From: an uncultured Bacteroides sp.
GTDB taxonomy: Bacteria; Bacillota; Clostridia; Christensenellales; CAG-917
DNA: 64,000 nt
Direction: 5' to 3'
Assembly: GCA_964644355.1 (NCBI GenBank)
Contig: CAZXUW010000001.1
Span: 4,461-68,460, forward strand
The first letter of the stretch is position 1, and the number at the start of each line of letters is the position of its first letter. This document shows, piece by piece, positions 51,771-64,000 of the stretch. The notes below the pieces were generated by a model that did no database searches, had not been told where the DNA came from, and was given only the letters and a program-made list of their open reading frames with translations. A program made the translations under genes and the position numbers.

Positions 51771-52703
51771 TTACTCTATGACATCGTCAGTGGTATCGGT
51801 GTCGTTTGTTTGGAAGTCAACGCGGATATCCTTTGTTTTTGAAGCATCGATAAAGGACTTTATCGTGCCGACAAGAACGTAGTATATCGGCAATGCACAG
51901 AAGATTATCCAGCCCGGATGCCACAAGTTCCACACACATCCCATCAGCAAATACACCGCCGTAACGATGATGGGGATGGGGAAGGCATTGGCATCCTTTT
52001 TGATGATCGTTTCAATTGTGGCGTCTACGATAAAGGGGAAGAAGAACACAAGCCAACCCGGATGCCATAGGTTGCATACAAAACCAATCACAAGATACGT
52101 CACAAGGCTTATGGTCATTGCACACGCGCTGAAGACTGCCTTGAGTTTCATGAACTTGTTGTCCTTGCCAAAACGAATATGACTTTTGGCTATATGAATG
52201 TCCTTCATGTCGCAATCGTCATCATTGTGGTCATCATCGTTGTCATCGTCGTCATTGTCATTGATGTGTATGTTTCCGACAATATTGTTTACAAGCTTGG
52301 CTATACCGCCGGTGATGTGCACTTGTTCGCCGTTTTTATCTTTGATATGTATGCCGTTTTCATCAATATGCACACTGTCTTTACGCACAGTGTTATCGTC
52401 ACAATCGGCACATGAAGTGTCGTTTTTGTCATCATTAACATTGTTTTGTGTGTTTTCTTCGCTGTTTTGATTATCGTCTGAACACGTTGAATCGTCGGAT
52501 TTTTCAAAGCCCAACAGTTCGTCAAGACTCACGTTGTAAAGCCTTGCAAGTGCGATAAGATTGTCTGTGTCGGGGGAGCTTTCGCTTCTTTCCCACTTGG
52601 ACACGGCTTGCCTTGACACGCCCAACATGTCCGCAAGCTCGTCTTGCGAATAGCCGTGTTGTTTTCTCAATTCATAAAGCCTATTTGCAGTTGTAATATC
52701 CAT
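51771..52703 (-). CDS. Membrane-anchored XRE-family HTH regulator with a poly-Asp linker
   Basis: N-terminus LRKQHGYSQDELADMLGVSRQAVSKWERSESSPDTDNLIALARLYNVSLDELL is an HTH_3 domain. The middle region is NDNDDDDNDDDHNDDDCD. The C-terminal TM pairs each carry a (N)LWHPGW motif. Confidence 0.85.
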   Translation of the reverse strand: MDITTANRLYELRKQHGYSQDELADMLGVSRQAVSKWERSESSPDTDNLIALARLYNVSLDELLGFEKSDDSTCSDDNQNSEENTQNNVNDDKNDTSCADCDDNTVRKDSVHIDENGIHIKDKNGEQVHITGGIAKLVNNIVGNIHINDNDDDDNDDDHNDDDCDMKDIHIAKSHIRFGKDNKFMKLKAVFSACAMTISLVTYLVIGFVCNLWHPGWLVFFFPFIVDATIETIIKKDANAFPIPIIVTAVYLLMGCVWNLWHPGWIIFCALPIYYVLVGTIKSFIDASKTKDIRVDFQTNDTDTTDDVIE

Positions 52704-52809
52704 AAAGTACCTCTCGTTTTTTGGTGCCTTTATTGTCGCATATATTGGGGAAAGGTGCGACCTATTTTGCTTGTCAATTCCGCAACTATCGGTTGCAAAT
52801 GTGTTAATT

Positions 52810-53385
52810 CTATTTCTTTATGCCACAAACTTGATACATTTTGTCTGTGGAAATTGCTATATCCACATCAAAGTAAGGCTCAAACATTTTTGCCATTTCT
52901 TCGCAAGAGGGTAGGTCTAAAGAAACGTGCGGTGCACACTTGTGATGCTCTCTCAATGCCTCTCGGCTCATGCCGTGAGCAACGCTCAAACGTCCGCCTC
53001 GTTTGGTGAGGGAGGCAAGTTTTGCAATCAATCTGTCGGGATTGGGGAAGTGAGGGAAAGCGTTGTACACCATGACAAAGTCAAATTGTTTGCCAAAGTC
53101 GTATTCCTCAACGTCGGCACATATCACTCTCAACTGCGGATATTTGCTTTGTGCGATTTCAATCATCTTGGGGGATATGTCAATGCCTGTTAAATCCGCC
53201 ACGTTTCTGTTGAGATAATCCTCAAAAAGAACGCCTGTGCCACAGGCAACGTCAAGCACGTCGATGCCCTCTCGCACACCGCAGTTGTCCAATATCGTTG
53301 AGATGATTTGCGCATCTTTTATTATGCCTGCATCCCATTCGGGGGCACATCTGTCAAAAAAATTTATTACGTCTTGTTTGTTCAT
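52810..53385 (-). CDS. Class I SAM-dependent methyltransferase
   Basis: 191 aa. Motif I VLDVACGTGVL, then IDISPKMIE, FDFVMVYNAFPHF and GGRLSVAH. No SD is present. Confidence 0.8.
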   Translation of the reverse strand: MNKQDVINFFDRCAPEWDAGIIKDAQIISTILDNCGVREGIDVLDVACGTGVLFEDYLNRNVADLTGIDISPKMIEIAQSKYPQLRVICADVEEYDFGKQFDFVMVYNAFPHFPNPDRLIAKLASLTKRGGRLSVAHGMSREALREHHKCAPHVSLDLPSCEEMAKMFEPYFDVDIAISTDKMYQVCGIKK

Positions 53386-53473
53386 CGTGATTTAGTTTGT
53401 TTTCTAAAAGTGTGTTGTGTGCGTAATCTAAAGTGTAGCCGAAACATTCAGCCGATGGGCGTATATTTGGATA

Positions 53474-53514
53474 GGCTCCGCCTTGTGCAATTATTCAGTA
53501 TTAACTATTTATTA
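53474..53514 (-). repeat. Degenerate copy (Z) of the stop-anchored repeat, starting at the ispDF stop codon
   Basis: The minus strand reads GAT-TAA-TAAATAGTTAATACTGAATAATTG-CACAAGGCGGAGCC. It shares GATTAAT.. and the exact 9-mer GAATAATTG with copies A and B, followed by a small GC hairpin (GGC-GGA-GCC). Confidence 0.4.
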
Positions 53515-54642
53515 ATCAATTGTAGACTGACACAGGAGTGCAGTTGCAAAGCAAGCAATTGATTTGCAATCTCCCAGATCTCCAACTTGTTCGTTTGTCG
53601 TTGCGGTTATGCCTATATGTTTGCAGGGGATGCCCAGCACGCTTGACATATTGTTGCGCATAAGGTCAACATATGGTGCAAGCATTGGGCGTTCTGCGAT
53701 GATCGCAACGGATATATTGACGAGGGCATAGCCTTTGTCATTGGCAAGTTTGAGCACGGTTTTGAGCAAATCTATGCTGTCCGCATCATCATATTTGCTG
53801 TCGTCCACGGGGAAGAGATGTCCAATGTCCTTTTCGCCGATTGCAGACAAAATCGCATCCATAATAGCGTGAACTGCGACATCTCCGTCAGAGTGGGCAA
53901 CAAAGGCAAACTCGCAAGGGATAAGCGTTCCAAGCAGTTTTATGCCGTTGCCGACCTTGAAACGATGTATGTCGTATCCTATTCCGTACAGGTTTGTTTT
54001 CAAGTCGTCTTTTGTTGTGATTTTGACGTTGTTTTTATCTCCGTCCACGGCTTTCACGTCTCCGTGAGCATATTTTTGCACGACACCAATGTCGTCATAA
54101 AAATCACAATCGCATTGAGAATATGCCGTTAGAAGCCTGTTTTTTTCAACACATACAGGGGTTTGCACTCTGCGATAATCCGCTCTGTCAACGCTTGATA
54201 CGCCGTCTTTTACACACACAAGTGCATCGGTGAGTTTAAGAAGGGGCAGTGAAGCTCCACACTCAATAGCACCGTCAATGACGTTTTGTATGGTTTTTTG
54301 TGTCACAAACGGACGAGCACCGTCGTGAATCATGATGTATGCACAATCGTCCTCTATTGCTCGCAATGCGTTTTTCACCGTCTGTGTGCGACTGTTTCCG
54401 CCGTTTGCGACGATGATGCGATTGTCGTCGATATTGGCATTGTCAAGAGAGTTGAGCAACTCATCACTATACGAGGGGTGAATCGCAACGATAATTCTGC
54501 TTATTTGCTCAAAATGCAAAAAGGGCTTGATTGCTTCCACAACCACGCAAGAGTTTTTGCAGGGAGCAAACAGTTTGTTCTCTACGCCGTAGCGTTGAGA
54601 CATGCCTGCCGCTGTAATAATTAGATTTATATTTTTTTTCAT
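53512..54642 (-). CDS. ispDF: Bifunctional MEP cytidylyltransferase / MEcPP synthase
   Basis: The N-terminus IITAAGMSQRYG.. is IspD-like. The C-terminus GIGYDIHRF..GHSDGDVAVHAIMDA..G..DIG..FP is IspF-like. ATG 54642 is preferred over TTG 54648. Confidence 0.9.
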   Translation of the reverse strand: MKKNINLIITAAGMSQRYGVENKLFAPCKNSCVVVEAIKPFLHFEQISRIIVAIHPSYSDELLNSLDNANIDDNRIIVANGGNSRTQTVKNALRAIEDDCAYIMIHDGARPFVTQKTIQNVIDGAIECGASLPLLKLTDALVCVKDGVSSVDRADYRRVQTPVCVEKNRLLTAYSQCDCDFYDDIGVVQKYAHGDVKAVDGDKNNVKITTKDDLKTNLYGIGYDIHRFKVGNGIKLLGTLIPCEFAFVAHSDGDVAVHAIMDAILSAIGEKDIGHLFPVDDSKYDDADSIDLLKTVLKLANDKGYALVNISVAIIAERPMLAPYVDLMRNNMSSVLGIPCKHIGITATTNEQVGDLGDCKSIACFATALLCQSTID

Positions 54643-54660
54643 AATCAAATAGTGGGATTT

Positions 54661-54718
54661 CGAATAAGGGTGTGTTCGGGTGTGGGTGTCCCGCCCTCAA
54701 ATATTCATTATTCATTAA
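54661..54718 (-). repeat. Copy C of the stop-codon-anchored repeat, intercistronic between rqcP and ispDF
   Basis: The minus strand reads TTAATGAATAATGAATATTTGAGGGCGGGACACCCACACCCGAACACACCCTTATTCGA. Its first 12 nt (ATT AAT GAA TAA) encode the last three residues and the stop of rqcP. Confidence 0.65.
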
Positions 54719-54953
54719 TAATTCGGTACATCGTTTCGGCACTTTGCTTGGTTTGATGTTCGTCAACGGACAGCACCTCAAAACACATTTTGCTGTTGCC
54801 GAAAGCAACGGTGACGACGTCTCCGACTTTGACGTCTTTAGATGGTTTGACGACTTTGCCGTTGATCTCTATACGACCGCCGTCGCAAGCCTCTTGAGCA
54901 ATGGTGCGACGTTTGATGACTCTGGATACTTTCAAAAATTTGTCTATTCTCAT
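54708..54953 (-). CDS. rqcP: Small S4-domain RNA-binding protein (YabO/RqcP, Hsp15-like)
   Basis: 81 aa. MRIDKFLKVSRVIKRRTIAQEACDGGRIEINGKVVKPSKDVKVGDVVTV is the S4 fold and closely parallels my recollection of B. subtilis YabO. Confidence 0.7.
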   Translation of the reverse strand: MRIDKFLKVSRVIKRRTIAQEACDGGRIEINGKVVKPSKDVKVGDVVTVAFGNSKMCFEVLSVDEHQTKQSAETMYRIINE

Positions 54954-54960
54954 AAATTAT

Positions 54961-54989
54961 ATTATATTTCAAGCGTACGCTTAAATCAA
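54961..54989 (-). promoter_or_regulatory. Sigma-A-type promoter placed for a leaderless rqcP transcript
   Basis: On the minus strand: TTGATT (54989-84), 17 nt (containing the 12-bp palindrome AAGCGTACGCTT), TATAAT (54966-61). Then 7 nt (ATAATTT) to ATG 54953, with no SD. Confidence 0.55.
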
Positions 54990-55043
54990 GAGGAAATAAT
55001 ATAAAAATTATGCAAATTTATTATATTTATATGCGTGCGACGC

Positions 55044-55072
55044 TTGACAGGCTTGATTTTTCAATATATAAT
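55044..55072 (+). promoter_or_regulatory. Sigma-A-type promoter of rpoB-rpoC(-metK)
   Basis: TTGACA (55044-49), 17 nt, TATAAT (55067-72): full consensus. A ~200-nt leader follows, with the CCTACCCC (55098-105) / GGGGTAGG (55124-31) hairpin. Confidence 0.65.
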
Positions 55073-55281
55073 AGAAAACTGCACAATAATGCGAATACCT
55101 ACCCCTAAAACACCTCGTTTTTGGGGGTAGGGGGTTATAATTACATAGTGGTTGTAAGCTCAAAATTTGCAAAAAGGTGCAGATTTTGATGAAATTTGCG
55201 AATGGCGAAAAAATATTTTTCAAAAATTCAAAAAAATTTTTTCAAGGTCGAAAATAGGCAATTTTTTTAAGGAGTGAATAT

Positions 55282-58200
55282 ATGTCCCAAAGAATTCACA
55301 ATCAAATGTACGGAACGACAGAAAGACGTGATTTTTCGCAAATCAAAGACGTTTTGCCTATTCCGTACCTCATTGAGGTGCAAAAGAATTCCTACGCAAC
55401 CTTCATTGACACCGGCATTGACGAAGTTTTCAAAGATTATTCTCCAATCGTTGACTTCTCCGGCAGATTGAAGCTCGAGTTTTTGTCTCACAGACTTGAC
55501 GGTGAACCAAAGTACACTGTCAAAGAGTGCAAAGACCGTGACACCACGTATGAAATTCCACTAAAGGTGAAGGCTCGCCTCACCAACACGGAAACCGGTG
55601 AAGTGGTTGAACAAGAAGTGTTTATGGGCAACTTCCCGCTCATGACAGATTCCGGTTCATTTGTTATCAACGGTGCAGAGCGTGTTATTGTTTCACAACT
55701 TGTTAGAAGCCCCGGCGTCTACAATGACAGAGAGCTTGACAAGAACGGTGTTCCTCGCTTCAAGACAACCGTTATTCCAAACCGTGGTGCTTGGCTTGAA
55801 TACGAGCAAGACTCCAACGAGGTGCAATGGGTGCACGTTGACAGAACAAGAAAGATCACCGCAACAACGCTTTTGAGAGCGTTGGGATATGGCACCGATC
55901 AAGAAATCATCGACCTCTTTGGCGGAGACGAGATGATTGTCAAGACCTGTGAAAAAGATGCTCAATGCAAAACAGCCGAACAAGGCAAGATCGATTTGTT
56001 CCGTCGTTTGCGTCCGGGTGAAGTTCCCACCGTTGAAGGTGCGGATATTCTCATCCACAACACATTCTACGATTACAAGAGATACGACCTTGCAAGAGTG
56101 GGACGTTACAAATACAACAAGAAGCTCGCTTTGGCAACACGTATTGCAGGCTACACCCTCGCAGAGGACGTCGTAAGCCCGATCACGGGTGAAATCCTCG
56201 CACAAAAGGGCGAAGTCGTTGACGAGGCAAAGGGCAAAGAAATACAAAACAACGCAGTCAACGTCGTGTGGCTTGCATATGCCGATCAAGACGGCAAAGA
56301 GAAGAAATTCAAAGTTATCGGCAACAACACAGTCGATCTCGATGCCTTTGTTGATTGCAACCCCAGAGAGCTTGGTATTCTTGAAAAGGTTTACTATCCA
56401 AACCTCAAGCAACTCATGGAAGAATTCGGTGACAATCACGATCAACTTCTTCTTGCAATCCGCACTTCTGTCGATGAGCTTGTCTACAAGCACATCACAC
56501 TTGACGACATCGTTGCAATCGAGGACTACAACCTTGGTTTGCGTTACGGCTTTGGCACTTGCGATGATATCGACCATTTGTCAAATCGTCGTGTGCGTGC
56601 GGTTGGCGAGCTTTTGCAAAACCAATTCCGTATCGGTATCTCTCGTCTTGAGAGAGTCATCAAAGAGAGAATGGCATCTGCACAGGAGAATGCAGATCTC
56701 ACACCTCAAACACTTATCAACATCCGTCCTGTTACGAGTGCTATCAAAGAGTTCTTCGGATCCTCACAGCTTTCTCAATTCATGGATCAGCCCAACCCGA
56801 TCGCAGAGCTTACGCACAAGCGTAAACTTTCCGCACTCGGCCCCGGCGGTTTGAACAGAGAGCGTGCAAGCTTTGAAGTGCGTGACGTTCACCACTCACA
56901 CTATGGACGTATGTGCCCGATTGAAACTCCTGAAGGACAGAACATCGGTCTTATCACATCCTTGTCCTCATATGCAAAGGTCAACGAGTACGGCTTTATC
57001 GAGACTCCGTACCGCAAGATCGACAAGGCAACCGGCGTTGTTACGGACGAAGTTGTGTATATGGCGGCGGATGAAGAAGATAAATACGTCATTGCACAAG
57101 CAAACGAACCGCTCGATGAAGAAAGCAAGTTTGTTCGCAACCGTGTCAACTGCCGTATCCAAAAGGACATCCGTGAAGTTCCAAAAGATCAAGCAGACTA
57201 CATGGACGTCAACCCCAAACAGCTTATTTCAATCGCAACGGCACTCATTCCGTTCCTTGAAAACGACGATACAAACCGTGCTCTTATGGGCTCCAACATG
57301 CAACGTCAGGCAGTTCCGCTTCTCAAGCCTCAAGCTCCTATGATCGCAACGGGCGTCGAGCATAAGATTGCTTACGACTCTGGCGTGTTGAAGATTGCAA
57401 AGCACGACGGTTTTGTCAAATACGTTGACAGCAACCAAATCGTTATCGAATGCAACGACGGCACAACGGATACTTACATTTTGAGCAAGTTTGAGCGTTC
57501 AAACCAATCAACTTGCATCAACCAGCATCCGATTGTCAACAAGGGCGACAGAGTGTATGGTCCGCAATATGACGAAAACGGCAACCTCATCAAAGAGGGC
57601 ACCGTCATCGCAGACGGTCCTGCAACAGAGAACGGCGAGCTTGCTCTTGGCAGAAACATGCTTATCGGTTTCATGTCTTGGGAAGGCTACAACTATGAGG
57701 ACGCTGTTCTTATCAGTGAGGAGCTTGTTCGTGACGACTTGTACACTTCAATCCACATTGAAGAATACGAAATCGAATGTCGTGATACAAAGCTTGGCGA
57801 CGAGCAAATCACAAGAGATATTCCAAACCTCAGCGACGAAGTTTTGAAGAACCTCGATGAAGACGGTATCGTCATGGTGGGTGCAGAAGTCAAGCCGGGC
57901 GACATCCTCGTCGGAAAGGTCACGCCAAAGGGCGAAACGGAACTTACACCTGAAGAAAGATTGCTCCGTGCAATCTTCGGTGAGAAGGCAAGAGAAGTTA
58001 GGGACACTTCCTTGCGTGTTCCGAACGGCGAGAGCGGTATTGTTGTGGATGTCAAGATATTCACAAGAAAGAATAAAGACGAACTCGCACCGGGCGTCAA
58101 CAAACTCGTCAGAGTGTACATCGCACAAAAGAGAAAGATCTCCGTCGGCGACAAGATGGCGGGCAGACACGGCAACAAGGGTGTTGTTTCAAGAGTTCTT

Positions 58201-59103
58201 CCAAAGGAAGATATGCCATTCTTGGCAGACGGCACACCGCTTCAAATCGTGCTCAACCCACTCGGCGTTCCGAGCCGTATGAATATCGGTCAAGTTTTGG
58301 AAGTTCACCTTGGACTTATCGCACATATGCTTGACTGGAAGGTCGCAACACCTGTGTTTGACGGTGCAAACGAGCAAGATATCAAGCAATTGTTCTTGCA
58401 ATGCGGTCTTGTCAACGAGGACGGCGAGGTTGACGGAAAGATTCAACTTTACGACGGAAGAACGGGCGAACCGTTTGAAAACCGTGCAACAGTCGGTTAT
58501 ATGTACTACCTCAAACTGCATCACTTGGTAGACGACAAGATCCACGCAAGAAGCACAGGTCCGTACAGCGTCATCACGCAACAACCGCTTGGTGGTAAGG
58601 CACAATTCGGCGGACAACGTTTTGGTGAAATGGAAGTTTGGGCACTCGAAGCTTACGGTGCTGCAAACATCTTGCAAGAGATCTTGACGGTCAAGTCGGA
58701 TGACGTGGTTGGTCGTGTCAAGACGTATGAGTCAATCGTCAAGGGTAGCAACGTTTCAGAGCCTGGCATTCCGGAATCATTCAAGGTGCTTGTCAAAGAG
58801 TTGCAATCGCTTGCACTCGACGTCAAAGTGCTCACAGAGGACAGAGACGAAGTCAAGCTCCGTGATTACGATCCGGATATCGACTTTGAGAATATTGCAA
58901 CCAAGAAGCATGAGGAGCTTAAAGAAATCGACATCCTCGGCGAAAGCAACATCTTTGGTGACATCACCGAGACAAGCAAGTCCGACGTGGATACAAGCCT
59001 GTTTGATACAGACGATGATGACGAAAGCTTCTTCAGCTCCCTCACTGAAGGCACTGTCGATGAAAACGACATCTTCAATATCAACCCTGTTGATGAAGAC
59101 TAA
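55282..59103 (+). CDS. rpoB: DNA-directed RNA polymerase subunit beta
   Basis: 1273 aa with AAGGAG SD. Canonical blocks are present (..[25 protein letters not shown].., ..[19 protein letters not shown].., ..[19 protein letters not shown]..). There is an acidic C-terminal extension ending ..NINPVDED. Confidence 0.97.
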   Translation: MSQRIHNQMYGTTERRDFSQIKDVLPIPYLIEVQKNSYATFIDTGIDEVFKDYSPIVDFSGRLKLEFLSHRLDGEPKYTVKECKDRDTTYEIPLKVKARLTNTETGEVVEQEVFMGNFPLMTDSGSFVINGAERVIVSQLVRSPGVYNDRELDKNGVPRFKTTVIPNRGAWLEYEQDSNEVQWVHVDRTRKITATTLLRALGYGTDQEIIDLFGGDEMIVKTCEKDAQCKTAEQGKIDLFRRLRPGEVPTVEGADILIHNTFYDYKRYDLARVGRYKYNKKLALATRIAGYTLAEDVVSPITGEILAQKGEVVDEAKGKEIQNNAVNVVWLAYADQDGKEKKFKVIGNNTVDLDAFVDCNPRELGILEKVYYPNLKQLMEEFGDNHDQLLLAIRTSVDELVYKHITLDDIVAIEDYNLGLRYGFGTCDDIDHLSNRRVRAVGELLQNQFRIGISRLERVIKERMASAQENADLTPQTLINIRPVTSAIKEFFGSSQLSQFMDQPNPIAELTHKRKLSALGPGGLNRERASFEVRDVHHSHYGRMCPIETPEGQNIGLITSLSSYAKVNEYGFIETPYRKIDKATGVVTDEVVYMAADEEDKYVIAQANEPLDEESKFVRNRVNCRIQKDIREVPKDQADYMDVNPKQLISIATALIPFLENDDTNRALMGSNMQRQAVPLLKPQAPMIATGVEHKIAYDSGVLKIAKHDGFVKYVDSNQIVIECNDGTTDTYILSKFERSNQSTCINQHPIVNKGDRVYGPQYDENGNLIKEGTVIADGPATENGELALGRNMLIGFMSWEGYNYEDAVLISEELVRDDLYTSIHIEEYEIECRDTKLGDEQITRDIPNLSDEVLKNLDEDGIVMVGAEVKPGDILVGKVTPKGETELTPEERLLRAIFGEKAREVRDTSLRVPNGESGIVVDVKIFTRKNKDELAPGVNKLVRVYIAQKRKISVGDKMAGRHGNKGVVSRVLPKEDMPFLADGTPLQIVLNPLGVPSRMNIGQVLEVHLGLIAHMLDWKVATPVFDGANEQDIKQLFLQCGLVNEDGEVDGKIQLYDGRTGEPFENRATVGYMYYLKLHHLVDDKIHARSTGPYSVITQQPLGGKAQFGGQRFGEMEVWALEAYGAANILQEILTVKSDDVVGRVKTYESIVKGSNVSEPGIPESFKVLVKELQSLALDVKVLTEDRDEVKLRDYDPDIDFENIATKKHEELKEIDILGESNIFGDITETSKSDVDTSLFDTDDDDESFFSSLTEGTVDENDIFNINPVDED

Positions 59104-59117
59104 TAGGAGGCGACAAT

Positions 59118-62977
<3,860 letters not shown>

Positions 62978-62978
<1 letters not shown>

Positions 62979-64000
62979 TGGAAAAAAGATTTTTTACATC
63001 TGAAAGCGTGACGGAAGGACATCCCGACAAGGTGTGCGACCAGATCGCAGACGCAATACTTGACGACATTTTTGCGGAGGACAACTCCGCAAGAGTCGCC
63101 GTTGAGGTGTGCACAACAACGGGTATGGTTATGGTTTTGGGTGAGGTGACAACATCTCACTATTGCGACATACCCTCAATTGTGCGTGGCGTAATCAAAG
63201 ACATTGGATACAACGACAGCTCATTGGGCTTTGACTATAAGACATGTGCTGTTTTGAGCTCTATTGACGAGCAATCTCCCGACATTGCAATGGGCGTGAA
63301 CGATGCAACGGATCGTGACGGTATCGATCTTTATGACAAGACGGGTGCAGGCGATCAAGGTATGATGTTCGGTTATGCTTGCGATGAGACAGAGGATCTT
63401 ATGCCTCTGCCTATCACGCTTGCCCATGCTCTCACTCAAAGACTCACAGAGGTCAGAAAGAGTGGGGAGCTTGATTGGTTGCGTCCTGACGGAAAGGCTC
63501 AAGTCACCGTTGAGTATATCGACGGCGTGCCCGAAAGAGTGGATACAATCGTTGTGAGCACTCAACACTCTGACAAGGTCGATTTGGAGGAGATTGAGAG
63601 TGAAATTATCGCAAGAGTCATCAATGTTGCGATTCCGAGCGAGTATATCGATGACGACACAAAGATTTACATCAACCCAACGGGTAGATTTGTCATCGGC
63701 GGTCCTGCAGGGGATAGCGGTGTGACTGGTAGAAAAATTATCGTTGATACGTATGGTGGTTTCTGCCCTCACGGCGGTGGCGCCTTCAGCGGTAAGGATC
63801 CGACAAAGGTTGACAGAAGTGCATCGTATATGGCACGTTACATCTGCAAAAACCTCGTTGCATCGGGTGTGTGCAAAAAGGCACAATTGCAGGTTGCTTA
63901 TGCAATCGGCATGGCTCATCCGGTGTCCATTCTTGTTGATACGTTCGGCACGGGCATTGTGAGTGATGAGATCCTCTCCAAAGTTGTGCGTGACGTGTTT
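62978..64000 (+). CDS. metK: S-adenosylmethionine synthetase (partial, runs off the window end)
   Basis: The ATG overlaps the rpoC stop (TAATG at 62976-80). [29 protein letters not shown].., ..[12 protein letters not shown].. and ..[16 protein letters not shown].. are present. The frame stays open to base 64000. Confidence 0.93.

Noticed and set aside
54649-54720. I considered whether the stop-adjacent repeats are integron attC sites (cassette 3' ends).
   Set aside because: No RYYYAAC / GTTRRRY core pair and no imperfect long inverted repeat are present. No integrase is in the window, and the associated genes (ispDF, rqcP, dapA) are housekeeping genes.

Overview
This is a chromosomal segment from an endospore-forming, low-GC Gram-positive bacterium that looks Clostridia-like. 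Supporting that placement are dpaA/dpaB, a DUF4364 protein, a PRK06851-type ATPase, an FMN riboswitch upstream of an ECF S-component, and many near-consensus TTGACA-17-TATAAT promoters. No tRNA, rRNA, CRISPR array, transposase or integrase was seen.

Core genes recognised:
- spoVFA-spoVFB and asd-dapA
- rpiB, queH, rplM-rpsI, a fused ispDF, and an rqcP/yabO-like S4 gene
- rpoB-rpoC, with metK translationally coupled to the rpoC stop
- two ABC transporters, a MATE exporter and a GH31-like glycosidase

These are interleaved with surface and accessory genes:
- a 1586-aa BspA-type LRR lipoprotein
- a 3509-aa MBG/YDG-repeat adhesin (one 10.5-kb ORF)
- a 1009-aa lipoprotein with an endonuclease-I domain
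- two further large lipoproteins

Observations most worth follow-up:
1. A single-gene fusion of a TIR domain to a class I SAM-methyltransferase sits in an AT-rich islet between rpiB and queH. It is a candidate for undescribed TIR biology or phage defence.
2. A family of short repeats is anchored on or next to stop codons. Each has an AT block with stops in all three frames (..TGAATAATGAATAATTG) followed by a GC-rich part. There are three clear copies and one degenerate copy.
3. A ~350-nt GC-rich, hairpin-dense non-coding insert splits the ATPase and permease genes of a MacB-type ABC operon. It shares an 11-mer core with a direct repeat upstream of the GH31 gene.
4. The two largest surface-protein genes have near-identical regulatory architecture: a consensus promoter, a GCGTG-repeat block, then AGGTGGAA-N3-ATG.
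5. An unclassified leader with an intrinsic terminator precedes a TM1266-like/ABC operon.
6. A protein ends in HHHHHH followed by an Asp/Cys-only tail.
7. Two full-consensus promoters sit 7 nt from their ATG, which suggests leaderless mRNAs.
8. A membrane-protein gene is split at an A6 run.

All calls rest on reading the sequence and on remembered family motifs. No database search was run.
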